Below, piece by piece: positions 1 through 9,844 of a DNA stretch of 64,000 nucleotides. Position 1 is the first letter of the stretch. Every line of letters starts with the position of its first letter. The notes below the pieces were generated by a model, which searched no databases, was not told the origin of the DNA, and saw nothing but the letters and a program-made list of their open reading frames with translations. Source of the DNA: an uncultured Mediterraneibacter sp. (GTDB lineage Bacteria > Bacillota > Clostridia > Lachnospirales > Lachnospiraceae); assembly GCA_944381495.1 (NCBI GenBank), contig CALWLJ010000008.1, forward strand, positions 57,842 to 121,841, written 5' to 3'. A program made the position numbers and the translations under genes.

Positions 1-243
1 CAGCTTTCTTACGATTTCAGAGAAAATCCTTGCGTTCAGAGCAACGATTCCTCTTTCTATGATCTCCCCATCTATCGATGTCTCGATACCAAGTTCCATA
101 TCGTTAGCTGTTAATTTGACAACATCCATTGACGCATCGATCAGGATACATTCGAGAATAGGCATTGTTGTTTTAGATGGAACTGCCTTAGATACAATAC
201 TGACGCCTTTTACCAGATTGGCTTTTGTACAAACAATTTTCAT
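1..243 (-). CDS. dnaN: DNA polymerase III beta clamp, 5' part (runs off window)
   Basis: Manual translation from the ATG at 243 gives MKIVCTKANLVKGVSIVSKAVPSKTTMPILECILIDA...ANDMELGIET. An RBS (AAGGAG) lies upstream and the gene is directly downstream of dnaA. Not in the ORF track because it is truncated. Confidence 0.96.
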   Translation of the reverse strand, partial: MKIVCTKANLVKGVSIVSKAVPSKTTMPILECILIDASMDVVKLTANDMELGIETSIDGEIIERGIVALNARIFSEIVRKL

Positions 244-300
244 TTGAAGATAACTCCTTTCGGTGTATGTCTGGGTATGTGAAAAAACTTCCGGGGCCGC

Positions 301-537
301 CTTTTATATATTTTGATAAATAACAATTCCGCAGTCTTCTTAATAGGGGCTGTGAAAAAGTTGAAAACCCCTTCAAAGCCTTGAAATATAAAGGTTTGTC
401 GGCTTGGATAAGTCTGTAGATTCTGTTTTGATGATGTGAGGAAACAATGAGAATAACTTTTTCCCGAAAAATGAGTTCCAAGTTATCCTCAGCTTCTTCA
501 CATGGTAATCAACAGGTTTTCAACAGATTTATTCACA
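301..537. promoter_or_regulatory. oriC unwinding side (dnaA-dnaN intergenic): DnaA boxes, GC clamp, DnaA-trio-like and AT-rich tract
   Basis: Five tandem DnaA-box-like 9-mers start at 483, 494, 506, 517 and 529 (TTATTCACA at 529 fits TTWTNCACA). On the minus strand, TTTTTCACA (351-359) is followed by GCCC-CTA-TTA and an AT-rich run (301-325), like the Bacillus basal unwinding system. Confidence 0.8.
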
Positions 538-541
538 TCTT

Positions 542-1912
542 TTAAACAGGATTGATTTTTTTCTTAATTATATTCACAGTGTTATTTAGAGCTTCGTCCG
601 TCTTAAGTTCATTTTCAATCTTCTTGACTCCATGACTTACGGAGGCATGATCTTTGCCGCCCAGCAGGACTCCTACGGTTTTAAGAGGAGTATCCGTCAT
701 ATTCCGGCACAGATACATGACGATCTGCCTGGGAAGTACAATCTCGGCATTCCTCTTTTTGCCTTTTAGCTCTGAAATAGGTATATTAAAGTGTTCGGAT
801 ACAACATCCATGATAAGTTCCGGGGTGATGATCCGGTTATTATCCGGTGATATCATGTCCTTGAGAGCTTCCGCTGCCAGAGGAATATCGATGGGCCGGT
901 TCTCCAGATTGGAGAGAGCGATCAGTTTATTTAATGATCCTTCAAGCTCACGGATGTTGGACTTGATATTATTGGCAATGTACTGCATGACTTCATCCGG
1001 AATATGATATCTTTCCAGACCGTCCAGTTCTTCTTTCTTTCTGAGGATAGCCATTCTGGTCTCATAATCCGGAGCGGATATATCAGCGATCAGTCCCCAT
1101 TCGAAACGGGTGCGAAGCCTTGCCTCCAGAGTTTCAATATCTTTCGGCGGCTTATCACTGGATATGATAATCTGCTTTCCGGAAACATGCAGATGGTTAA
1201 AGGTATGGAAAAATTCTTCCTGAGTACTTTCCTTACCTATAATAAACTGAATATCATCGATGAGCAGTACGTCGTTGTTTCTGTACTTTTCACGGAAAGT
1301 GGTCATGGCAAGTTCGTTTCCGTTTTTACCGACTTTCAGAGCATCGATCAGTTCATTCGTAAATGTTTCGCTTGTTACGTATAAAACCTTCTTGGAAGGA
1401 TCATGTTCCAGAATGTAGTGGGCAATGGAATGCATCAGATGGGTTTTCCCAAGTCCGACTCCTCCATATAAAAAGAGGGGATTGTATACCTCGCCCGGAG
1501 ATTCCGCCACCGCAAGAGATGCTGCGTGGGCGAAATTGTTGTTGCTTCCTACCACAAAGGTATCAAATGTATATTTGGGATTTAAGTTCGCCTTCTCGTA
1601 AATCGCATTTACACGGTTATTCCGGACCGTGCTTTCTTTCTTTTCCTGGATAACAGTCTGATTATCCGTAACAAAGGCGACTTCGTATTCAATGCCTGTT
1701 ACTTCCGCTATGCAGACTTTAAAAGGAAGCAGATATTTTTCTTCAATATGTTCAAGACTTGCTTTTAATTTCACGAGAATATAGACCGTATTATCTTTTA
1801 CTTCATAAACGGTCAGGGGAGCAATCCATGTATTATACGAAATGTTGGATGAGCAATATTCCAGCTTCATCTTATTTAATATCCGATCCCAGTTTTGTTC
1901 TACAATATTCAT
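542..1912 (-). CDS. dnaA: Chromosomal replication initiator DnaA
   Basis: Walker A GGVGLGKTH, LLIDDIQ, RELEG and a C-terminal domain IV (RQIVMYL...KDHASV). Confidence 0.99.
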   Translation of the reverse strand: MNIVEQNWDRILNKMKLEYCSSNISYNTWIAPLTVYEVKDNTVYILVKLKASLEHIEEKYLLPFKVCIAEVTGIEYEVAFVTDNQTVIQEKKESTVRNNRVNAIYEKANLNPKYTFDTFVVGSNNNFAHAASLAVAESPGEVYNPLFLYGGVGLGKTHLMHSIAHYILEHDPSKKVLYVTSETFTNELIDALKVGKNGNELAMTTFREKYRNNDVLLIDDIQFIIGKESTQEEFFHTFNHLHVSGKQIIISSDKPPKDIETLEARLRTRFEWGLIADISAPDYETRMAILRKKEELDGLERYHIPDEVMQYIANNIKSNIRELEGSLNKLIALSNLENRPIDIPLAAEALKDMISPDNNRIITPELIMDVVSEHFNIPISELKGKKRNAEIVLPRQIVMYLCRNMTDTPLKTVGVLLGGKDHASVSHGVKKIENELKTDEALNNTVNIIKKKINPV

Positions 1913-2072
1913 CGAAAGTAACTCCTAATCAATATAATAGAGAGATACAGGCAGAATCTCTCGGTTACATTTTACATCAAAATCGGGGTATAAGCAACGA
2001 AAAATCCATGTGTATAACTTTATTAACAGTATCAACCCCCTTAAAATCGCTGTTTTTTGAAGAAATTTCTTT

Positions 2073-2170
2073 TTATCAACATGAAATTTCATAATTATCA
2101 AGGAGTTATCAACAAGTTATCCACATTTGTTGATAACTTGTTGATAACTATGGAAAAATAGTGTGGAAAA
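2073..2170. promoter_or_regulatory. DnaA-box cluster upstream of dnaA (oriC, rpmH side)
   Basis: TTATCAACA at 2073 and 2106, perfect TTATCCACA at 2117-2125, TGTTGATAA at 2128 and 2139, TGTGGAAAA at 2162. Confidence 0.9.
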
Positions 2171-2211
2171 ATATTTTTGGTTCAAAATAGAAATTTATCT
2201 GGCTGTTTTGC

Positions 2212-2240
2212 TTGACTTATCAGGGGTTTTTCTCTATAAT
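2212..2240 (+). promoter_or_regulatory. sigma-A promoter of the rpmH operon
   Basis: TTGACT-17 bp-TATAAT. Confidence 0.8.
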
Positions 2241-2337
2241 TAACGAGTGTCTTTGTGAGCAAAGACTTATTTCTATACGTTAATTATGGTGAATACTTTA
2301 CTATAAAGTATAACTGTCAAAGGGAGGTGTATGAGGA

Positions 2338-2472
2338 ATGAAAATGACATTTCAGCCGAAGAAGAGATCCAGATCCAAGGTTCATGGGTTCAGAGCAAGA
2401 ATGAGCACACCGGGCGGAAGAAAAGTTTTAGCTGCCAGAAGAGCAAAAGGAAGAAAACAGTTATCAGCTTAG
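2338..2472 (+). CDS. rpmH: 50S ribosomal protein L34
   Basis: Manual translation gives [44 protein letters not shown] (44 aa, below the ORF-track cutoff), with a GGAGG RBS upstream. Confidence 0.98.
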   Translation: MKMTFQPKKRSRSKVHGFRARMSTPGGRKVLAARRAKGRKQLSA

Positions 2473-2560
2473 GCCGCAGATATGTGGCCTTTTCTTCTAT
2501 CCAGAAGTATTAAAAAAAGAGCATTCTGACAGAAAAAAGTTATATTTTAAGAGGTTATGG

Positions 2561-2896
2561 ATGAAATTTTCCGAATCTTTGAAGAAAAACAGAGATTTTC
2601 AGATTGTTTATAAAAATGGGAGATCACTTGCCAACCGGTATCTTGTCATGTATGTGATGAAAAATGGTACAGACAGGAACAGGGTAGGCATTTCCGTCAG
2701 TAAAAAGGTTGGAAACAGCGTTGTGAGACATCGTCTGACAAGGCTGATCAGAGAGAGTTACAGACTGTCGGAAGAACATTTCCGGAGTGGATATGATTTA
2801 ATTGTAATTGCGAGAACGGGCGCAAAAGAAAAAGGATATCATGATGTTGAAAGCGCTCTGATCCACCTCGGAAAACTTCATAATATATATGTCTGA
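2561..2896 (+). CDS. rnpA: Ribonuclease P protein component
   Basis: RVGISVSKKVGNSVVRHRLTRLIRE motif; canonical position after rpmH. Confidence 0.97.
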   Translation: MKFSESLKKNRDFQIVYKNGRSLANRYLVMYVMKNGTDRNRVGISVSKKVGNSVVRHRLTRLIRESYRLSEEHFRSGYDLIVIARTGAKEKGYHDVESALIHLGKLHNIYV

Positions 2897-2933
2897 TTAA
2901 GACAATCATACATTAAAAAAGGAAGTGGCGCGG

Positions 2934-3146
2934 ATGAAACGTGTTCTTTTATGGTTGATCCGGTTTTACAGAAAATATCTGTCCGGCCTGAAGGGATACA
3001 GTACCTGCAAGTATTATCCCACATGTTCCCAGTACGGACTTGAGGCGATAGAGAAGTATGGCGCTCTGAAGGGAGGAGCTCTTACTGTATGGAGAATACT
3101 GCGCTGCAATCCGTTTTCAAAAGGCGGATATGATCCGGTACCTTAA
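2934..3146 (+). CDS. yidD: Membrane protein insertion efficiency factor YidD
   Basis: [10 protein letters not shown] and [17 protein letters not shown] motifs. The start could be GTG 2925. Confidence 0.95.
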   Translation: MKRVLLWLIRFYRKYLSGLKGYSTCKYYPTCSQYGLEAIEKYGALKGGALTVWRILRCNPFSKGGYDPVP

Positions 3147-3158
3147 GGAGGACAAGGA

Positions 3159-4529
3159 ATGGAAGCTTACGGACTTTTGGCTTCAGGCTATGGAAACTGG
3201 CCGATTATCAAACAGATCGCCTGGCTGCTCGGGCAGGTGATGAATGGAATCTACAATGTTCTCAGCGCGATCGGGATTGAAAATATCGGTATTTGTATCA
3301 TTATTTTTACTGCGATCGTTTATTCACTGATGATTCCTCTTACCATCAAGCAGCAGAAATTTTCAAAGATGCAGGCGGTCATGCAGCCTGAAATCCAGAA
3401 AATTCAGAAGAAATATGAGGGGAAAAAGGATCAGGCATCCATGCTGAAACAGCAGGATGAGATGAAGATGGTCTATGAGAAGTACGGCACATCAATGTCG
3501 AGCGGATGTCTTCCTCTTCTGATACAGATGCCGATTCTTTTTGCATTATATCCGGTTATTCAGAATATACCGAATTACGTAACGGGCGTAAGAGATGTGT
3601 ACATGCCGGTTGTCGAGAAGATTATGTCGGTTTCCGGATGGCAGTCCATCATGGAAGAACTTGGTTCTGCAAGCCCGGTGTTGATGAATCCGAACAATTA
3701 TGATTATACACAGGCAAGTACGATCGTAAACGTTCTCTATAAATTCCAGGATGCAACATGGGGACAGCTGTTGGAGAAGATGCCTGACATATCTGACATT
3801 GCTCATACAACGATGGATCAGGTTACACATCTTAACAGCTTTCTTGGAATTAATATCGGTGAGGCACCGATCAACATGCTGACAGCTGCATTCAGAGATT
3901 TTTCCATCATTGGTATTATCCTTGCCGTTATCATTCCGGTTATGGCAGGTCTTACACAGTTTATCAGTGTGAAGCTTACATCTGCTCAGACAAATGCTGC
4001 GGCAACTTCTGGAAATAATCAGGATAATCCGATGATGAACTCCATGAAGACAATGACCTATGTAATGCCGTTGTTCTCTGTATGGATCGGATTTACGCTT
4101 CCTGCCGGTATGGGTCTCTACTGGGCGGTCAGTGCAGTGGTAAGATGTGTACAGCAGCTGGCGATTAACAAATATCTCAGCAAAAAATCTGTTGATGATA
4201 TTATCAAACAGAACCAGGAAAAAGCGAAAAAGAAACGTGAGAAAAAAGGAACTTCTGCTCAGGAAATCAATCGGATGGCAACAATAAGCACAAGAAATGC
4301 CGGGAATAAATCCGTTTCTAAAGCTGGAATTTCAGAACGCGAGAAAGAAGAAAAGTTACAGAAAGCTCAGCAGTACGCTCAGAATGCCAAGCCCGGAAGT
4401 TTAACTGCAAAGGCAAATCTTGTAAGCAGATATAACAGCGGACAAAAGACCGAACTTCCTGTGGAAGAAAATGAGCCTGCAGATGAAGATACAAGTCTTG
4501 GAAAGAAGAAAAACAGAAAGAAAAAATAG
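3159..4529 (+). CDS. yidC: YidC/Oxa1 membrane protein insertase
   Basis: GCLPLLIQMPILFALY and LPAGMGLYW motifs, plus a long basic C-terminal tail. Confidence 0.95.
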   Translation: MEAYGLLASGYGNWPIIKQIAWLLGQVMNGIYNVLSAIGIENIGICIIIFTAIVYSLMIPLTIKQQKFSKMQAVMQPEIQKIQKKYEGKKDQASMLKQQDEMKMVYEKYGTSMSSGCLPLLIQMPILFALYPVIQNIPNYVTGVRDVYMPVVEKIMSVSGWQSIMEELGSASPVLMNPNNYDYTQASTIVNVLYKFQDATWGQLLEKMPDISDIAHTTMDQVTHLNSFLGINIGEAPINMLTAAFRDFSIIGIILAVIIPVMAGLTQFISVKLTSAQTNAAATSGNNQDNPMMNSMKTMTYVMPLFSVWIGFTLPAGMGLYWAVSAVVRCVQQLAINKYLSKKSVDDIIKQNQEKAKKKREKKGTSAQEINRMATISTRNAGNKSVSKAGISEREKEEKLQKAQQYAQNAKPGSLTAKANLVSRYNSGQKTELPVEENEPADEDTSLGKKKNRKKK

Positions 4530-4599
4530 TTGTCTGTCCTGATCAGCCGGTGTGTAAACAGTTATCACAGTCTGATCATGAGAAAGGAAGGAAATCGGA

Positions 4600-5559
4600 A
4601 TGAAAGGAAGAATAAGGGTATCAGCTAAAACAGTAGATGATGCAATTACAGAAGCATTGATCCAGTTGAGCGTTACCAGCGACAGACTGGAATATGAGGT
4701 GATTGAAAAAGGAAGCCCGGGATTTCTTGGAATCGGTATGAAACAGGCTGTGATCGAAGCCTGGAAAAAACCGGAACCTGAACCAGAGATTGATATTTCT
4801 GATCCTGAACCTTTCATAGAAAAGCTCAAAGAAGAAATTTCTTCCATTGAGGACTCTTCTGAAGAAAAGTCTTCCAATGAAAAAAAGCCTGCTGCTGAAA
4901 AAAGAGAGTTCAAAGAAGAAGCAGCAAAAGAAAAGAAAAGCAGAAGAGAAGACAGAAAAAAATCTGAAGTAAAAAAAGAGCAGAACAGAAGAGACACAGG
5001 AAAGAACAGTCAAAAGGACAGCAGAAAAGAAAATGTAAAGGAACAGGTTCCGACGGAGACTCCGGAAGAGACGAAGAGAGAAGAGGTAAAACTTGCCAAG
5101 GTTGAAGAACAGACGATCCATGCAGTGGAGGAGTTTGTAAAGGATACGCTGAAAGCAATGAATATGGAAGTGGAGATTACTTCTGGTATTGATGATGACG
5201 GAGCACTCTGTATTGATATGAAGGGTGAACATATGGGAATCCTTATCGGTAAGAGAGGACAGACGCTGGATGCACTTCAGTACCTGGCAAACCGTGTTGC
5301 GAATAAGCATCAGGAAGGATATGTAAGAGTCAAGCTTGATACGGAAAATTACCGTTCACGGAGAGAAGAAACGCTGAAACATCTCGCCAAAAATATTGCT
5401 CACAAAGTAAAGAGAACGAGAAGACCGGTTGCTCTTGAACCAATGAATCCTTATGAGAGAAGGATTATTCATTCCACTCTTCAGTCAGATCCTTATGTAA
5501 CGACTCATAGTGAAGGGGAAGAACCTTACAGAAAAGTTGTGGTTACTTTAAAGAAATAA
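4600..5559 (+). CDS. khpB: Jag/EloR/KhpB RNA-binding protein (Jag_N, KH, R3H)
   Basis: N-terminal Jag domain, KH GILIGKRGQTLDALQ, and R3H PMNPYERRIIH. Confidence 0.94.
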   Translation: MKGRIRVSAKTVDDAITEALIQLSVTSDRLEYEVIEKGSPGFLGIGMKQAVIEAWKKPEPEPEIDISDPEPFIEKLKEEISSIEDSSEEKSSNEKKPAAEKREFKEEAAKEKKSRREDRKKSEVKKEQNRRDTGKNSQKDSRKENVKEQVPTETPEETKREEVKLAKVEEQTIHAVEEFVKDTLKAMNMEVEITSGIDDDGALCIDMKGEHMGILIGKRGQTLDALQYLANRVANKHQEGYVRVKLDTENYRSRREETLKHLAKNIAHKVKRTRRPVALEPMNPYERRIIHSTLQSDPYVTTHSEGEEPYRKVVVTLKK

Positions 5560-5611
5560 GAACGGAACTTATATATCATATTATGGATATTTGAAGCGTG
5601 TTACAGAAACG

Positions 5612-5666
5612 AAAGGACGTTTGGCGCTTCACGGATACTTTCGTGAAGAGGCAGACGTTCTTTTTT
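5612..5666 (+). terminator. Intrinsic terminator after khpB
   Basis: AAAGGACGTTTG...CAGACGTTCTTT stem with G-U pairs, followed by a T-run. Confidence 0.7.
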
Positions 5667-5730
5667 GTTATTATAGGAGAAGATATTATTGATCAAGAAA
5701 TATTTATGTATATAAGCAGGAGGTGTATAC

Positions 5731-7149
5731 GTGAAGAAAGAGACAATAGCCGCGATATCAACCGGAATGTCAAATTCAGGAATCGGAATTGTGAGGATCA
5801 GCGGCGATGAGGCTTTTGAGGTTGCAGACAGAGTTTATAGGGGAAAGCATAAATTATCACAGTGCGGGACACATACCATCCAATATGGATATATATGGGA
5901 TAATAAAGAGGTCATTGACCAGGTTCTTGTTATGGTTATGAAGGCGCCCCATACTTTCACGGGAGAGGACACAATCGAGATTGACTGTCATGGGGGAACA
6001 TTTGTAGTCAGGAGAGTTCTGGAGGCTGTCCTTAAAAATGGGGCCAGGCCGGCGGAACCAGGTGAATTTACGAAGCGGGCTTTCTTGAATGGAAAGATGG
6101 ATCTGTCGCAGGCAGAGGCAGTAATCGACGTTATAACTTCCCAGAATGATTATGCATTGAAAAGTTCTATCAGTCAGCTGAAGGGAAGTCTGAAAAACAG
6201 GATAAATGATATAAGAAAAAGAATCATTTATCATACGGCATATATTGAGTCAGCGCTGGATGATCCTGAACATATCAGTCTGGAAGGATATGCTGATCAA
6301 CTGAGAAAAGATGCCTTATCTATTACGGATGAAATCGGTCATCTGATCGATTCTGCAGATGACGGAAGGATTATGAAAGAAGGAATCCAGACGGTTATCA
6401 TCGGAAAACCCAATGCGGGAAAATCGTCTCTTCTGAACGTACTGACAGGATACGACAGAGCGATTGTTACAGATATTGAGGGAACGACGAGAGATGTGCT
6501 GGAAGAGCAGATATCTCTCCATGGATTGAATCTGAACATTATTGATACGGCAGGGATTAGAGAAACAGATGATATTATTGAGCGTATGGGAGTGGATAAA
6601 GCTGAACAATATGCAGAAAATGCAGATCTGTTGATCTGTGTGGTTGACGCTTCCAGACAACTTGATGAGAATGATGACAGAATTCTGCAATTCACATTTC
6701 ATAAGAAATCAATTATACTTTTAAACAAAACAGATCTGGAAATGGCTGTGAATGTGGAAGAAATTGTGAATAAGTTAATAACTTTGTGGAAAACTCGGGA
6801 AAATTCCATCAATTCGGGGAAAATGCCTGAAATTCCAGTAATTATGATATCAGCAAAAGAGGAAAAAGGTATCCGGGAATTTGAAGATAAAGTAAAAGAA
6901 CTTTTTCTTCATGGAGATATTTCATTTAATGATGAGGTTTTTATTACGAATGCCAGACAGAAAAGTGATCTGAAAGATGCAATGGACAGTATGAAAAAGG
7001 TGTTGAAAAGCATAGACGATGGAATGCCGGAAGATTTTTACTCCATAGATCTGATGGATGCTTACGAAGCACTTGGAAGAATAACAGGAGAAGCAGTAGG
7101 AGAGGATTTGATCAATGAAATATTCAGCAGGTTCTGTATGGGAAAATAA
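5731..7149 (+). CDS. mnmE: tRNA modification GTPase MnmE
   Basis: G1 [13 protein letters not shown] and NKTD motifs; C-terminal FCMGK. Confidence 0.98.
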   Translation: MKKETIAAISTGMSNSGIGIVRISGDEAFEVADRVYRGKHKLSQCGTHTIQYGYIWDNKEVIDQVLVMVMKAPHTFTGEDTIEIDCHGGTFVVRRVLEAVLKNGARPAEPGEFTKRAFLNGKMDLSQAEAVIDVITSQNDYALKSSISQLKGSLKNRINDIRKRIIYHTAYIESALDDPEHISLEGYADQLRKDALSITDEIGHLIDSADDGRIMKEGIQTVIIGKPNAGKSSLLNVLTGYDRAIVTDIEGTTRDVLEEQISLHGLNLNIIDTAGIRETDDIIERMGVDKAEQYAENADLLICVVDASRQLDENDDRILQFTFHKKSIILLNKTDLEMAVNVEEIVNKLITLWKTRENSINSGKMPEIPVIMISAKEEKGIREFEDKVKELFLHGDISFNDEVFITNARQKSDLKDAMDSMKKVLKSIDDGMPEDFYSIDLMDAYEALGRITGEAVGEDLINEIFSRFCMGK

Positions 7150-9004
7150 AGATAAATATGATATAGCTGTTGTGGGAGCGGGACATGCAGGGTGCGAGGC
7201 TGCACTGGCTGCCGCAAGACTGGGGTTTAAAACAATTATGTTTACTGTCAGCGTTGACAGTATTGCTATGATGCCATGTAACCCGAATATCGGGGGAACT
7301 TCAAAAGGACATCTGGTAAGAGAAATAGACGCTCTGGGCGGAGAGATGGGAAAAGTGATAGACAGGACTTTTATACAGTCTAAAATGCTGAACCGATCAA
7401 AAGGACCGGCAGTACATTCGCTGAGAGCGCAGGCAGATAAATCAGATTATAACAGAGCCATGCGCCAGGTTCTTGAGGGGCAGGAAAATCTTGATATCAG
7501 ACAGATGGAGATTACCGATATTCTGACGGAAGACGGCCATGTAACAGGCGTACAGGCTTATTCCGGCGCTATATACAGATGCAGGGCCATTGTCCTATGT
7601 ACGGGAACATATCTGAAGGCACGGTGCATTTACGGGGATGTAAGCACATATACAGGGCCAAATGGCCTTCAAAGTGCAAATCACCTTACAGACAGTCTGA
7701 AAGCTCTGGGAATAAGAATGTATCGTTTTAAGACAGGTACTCCAGCCAGGATTGACAGAAACTCCATTGATTTTACTAAGATGGAAGAGCAGAAAGGTGA
7801 TGAGAGAGTCGTACCTTTTTCTTTTACTACCGATCCTGAAAAAGTTCAGATCGATCAGGTTTCCTGCTGGCTGACATACACAAACGAGAAGACACATGAG
7901 ATTATAAGAGCAAATCTGGACCGTTCTCCCCTGTTTTCCGGTGCTATAGAAGGAACAGGACCAAGATATTGTCCGTCTATAGAGGATAAAGTAGTGAAAT
8001 TTCCGGATAAGGACAGACATCAGGTATTTATTGAACCGGAAGGAATCCATACAAATGAGATGTATGTGGGCGGCATGTCAAGTTCACTTCCTGAAGATGT
8101 ACAGTATGCAATGTACAGAAGTGTTCCGGGGCTGGAACATGCTAAGATAGTAAGAAATGCCTATGCCATTGAGTATGACTGTATTGACGCCAGACAGCTG
8201 AAAAGTACGTTAGAATTTAAAAATATTGAAGGGCTTTTCAGCGGAGGCCAGTTCAATGGAAGCTCGGGTTACGAAGAAGCTGCGGCACAGGGCCTTTTGG
8301 CGGGAATCAATGCGGCAAGAAAACTGCAGGGAAAAGAAGGAATTGTAATTGACAGATCTCAGGGATATATAGGAGTTTTGATTGATGATCTGGTGACAAA
8401 AGAAAGCCATGAACCTTATCGAATGATGACCTCGCGAGCCGAGTACAGACTTCTGCTCAGACAGGATAATGCTGATATCAGACTGACCCCTCTTGGACAT
8501 GAAATCGGACTGATCGATGATGAAAGATATAAAAGATTATTGAAAAAGGAAAAGATGATAGAAGAGGAGATTAACCGTGTCAGCCACGTGAATGTTGGGA
8601 CATCAGATAAGGTACAGAAACTGTTGGAATCCTGTGGAAGCACTCCTCTGAATTCGGGCACAACACTGGCAGAATTAATACGAAGACCGGAGCTTTCTTA
8701 TGAGAAACTGGCAGAGATTGATGAAAAGAGACCAGAACTTCCGCTTGATGTGATAGAACAAGTGGATATTAATATTAAATATGACGGATATATTAAAAGG
8801 CAGATGCGTCAGGTTGAACAGTTCAAAAAGATGGAAAGCAGAAAAATTCCGAATAATATTGATTATGATAAGATTGAAAGTCTGAGGATTGAGGCGAGAC
8901 AGAAGTTAAAAGAAATACGCCCCTTGTCTATCGGTCAGGCATCGAGAATATCCGGTGTTTCTCCGGCTGACGTTTCGGTATTGCTTGTTTATCTGAAACA
9001 ATAA
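7115..9004 (+). CDS. mnmG: tRNA uridine-5-carboxymethylaminomethyl modification enzyme MnmG
   Basis: [21 protein letters not shown] and [16 protein letters not shown] motifs. Confidence 0.98.
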   Translation: MKYSAGSVWENKDKYDIAVVGAGHAGCEAALAAARLGFKTIMFTVSVDSIAMMPCNPNIGGTSKGHLVREIDALGGEMGKVIDRTFIQSKMLNRSKGPAVHSLRAQADKSDYNRAMRQVLEGQENLDIRQMEITDILTEDGHVTGVQAYSGAIYRCRAIVLCTGTYLKARCIYGDVSTYTGPNGLQSANHLTDSLKALGIRMYRFKTGTPARIDRNSIDFTKMEEQKGDERVVPFSFTTDPEKVQIDQVSCWLTYTNEKTHEIIRANLDRSPLFSGAIEGTGPRYCPSIEDKVVKFPDKDRHQVFIEPEGIHTNEMYVGGMSSSLPEDVQYAMYRSVPGLEHAKIVRNAYAIEYDCIDARQLKSTLEFKNIEGLFSGGQFNGSSGYEEAAAQGLLAGINAARKLQGKEGIVIDRSQGYIGVLIDDLVTKESHEPYRMMTSRAEYRLLLRQDNADIRLTPLGHEIGLIDDERYKRLLKKEKMIEEEINRVSHVNVGTSDKVQKLLESCGSTPLNSGTTLAELIRRPELSYEKLAEIDEKRPELPLDVIEQVDINIKYDGYIKRQMRQVEQFKKMESRKIPNNIDYDKIESLRIEARQKLKEIRPLSIGQASRISGVSPADVSVLLVYLKQ

Positions 9005-9062
9005 TGCGGTGATAATAATTATAGTACTAATGTTGATAAGTAATCCTTCAGGAGAATAAAAT

Positions 9063-9773
9063 ATGAATAATAAATTTGAAATGGAACTTCAGCAGCTTGG
9101 AATTGTTCTTTCAGACGAACAGATAAAAAAGTTTGATCAATATTATCAGATACTTACAGAATGGAATCAGGTGATGAACCTTACATCTATTACTGATTAT
9201 GATGAGGTTAATCTGAAACACTTTGCTGACAGTCTTACCATAACCAGAATATGTGATATGCAAAGCGTATCTACTGTGATTGATATCGGGACAGGGGCGG
9301 GATTCCCGGGTATCCCGCTGAAAATTGCATTTCCTCATCTGAATATCGTTCTGCTTGATTCATTAAATAAAAGGATCAATTTTCTTAATGAGGTAATTCA
9401 TCAATTAGAACTGAAAGATATCAACACAATTCATGGGCGCGCGGAAGATTATTCACATAAAGCGGAATATCGTGAACAATTTGATCTCTGTGTTTCACGT
9501 GCAGTTGCCAATCTTTCTACATTAAGTGAGTACTGTATTCCGTTTGTTAAAAAAGGTGGAAAGTTTATTTCTTATAAAAGCGGTAATTCACAGGAAGAGA
9601 TTGAAAAGTCTGGTAAGGCTGTGGATATCCTTGGCGGAAAAATAGAAAATGTGGATAACTTTTTTCTTCCCGGAACAGATATGGGGAGAGCTCTTGTAAA
9701 AATCGCTAAAGTAAAGAATACTCCTAAGAAATATCCGAGAAAAGCAGGAGTACCGTCAAAAGAGCCATTATAA
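9063..9773 (+). CDS. rsmG: 16S rRNA m7G527 methyltransferase RsmG
   Basis: DIGTGAGFPGIP, GRAED and SRAVA motifs. Confidence 0.97.
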   Translation: MNNKFEMELQQLGIVLSDEQIKKFDQYYQILTEWNQVMNLTSITDYDEVNLKHFADSLTITRICDMQSVSTVIDIGTGAGFPGIPLKIAFPHLNIVLLDSLNKRINFLNEVIHQLELKDINTIHGRAEDYSHKAEYREQFDLCVSRAVANLSTLSEYCIPFVKKGGKFISYKSGNSQEEIEKSGKAVDILGGKIENVDNFFLPGTDMGRALVKIAKVKNTPKKYPRKAGVPSKEPL

Positions 9774-9776
9774 AGT

Positions 9777-9820
9777 AAAAGACCCCGCTGCAAGCCAAGC
9801 AAGCATGCGGGGTCCTTTCT
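9777..9820. terminator. Terminator between convergent rsmG and the hydrolase-fold gene
   Basis: GACCCCGC...GCGGGGTC stem with a flanking A-tract and T-tract. Confidence 0.65.
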
Positions 9821-9844
9821 ATTATACAGTAAACAAAATCTTAA

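Noticed and set aside
2331-2513. 60-aa ORF in the track
   Set aside because: Wrong frame; the real gene is rpmH at 2338-2472.
4770-5090. Low-complexity Lys/Glu-rich region in khpB as a repeat or insertion
   Set aside because: A variable charged linker between Jag_N and KH is normal for this family.
9491-9506. Third parS in rsmG (TGTTTCACGTGCAGTT)
   Set aside because: Only 11 contiguous bases match, and these are explained by the conserved CVSRAV codons.
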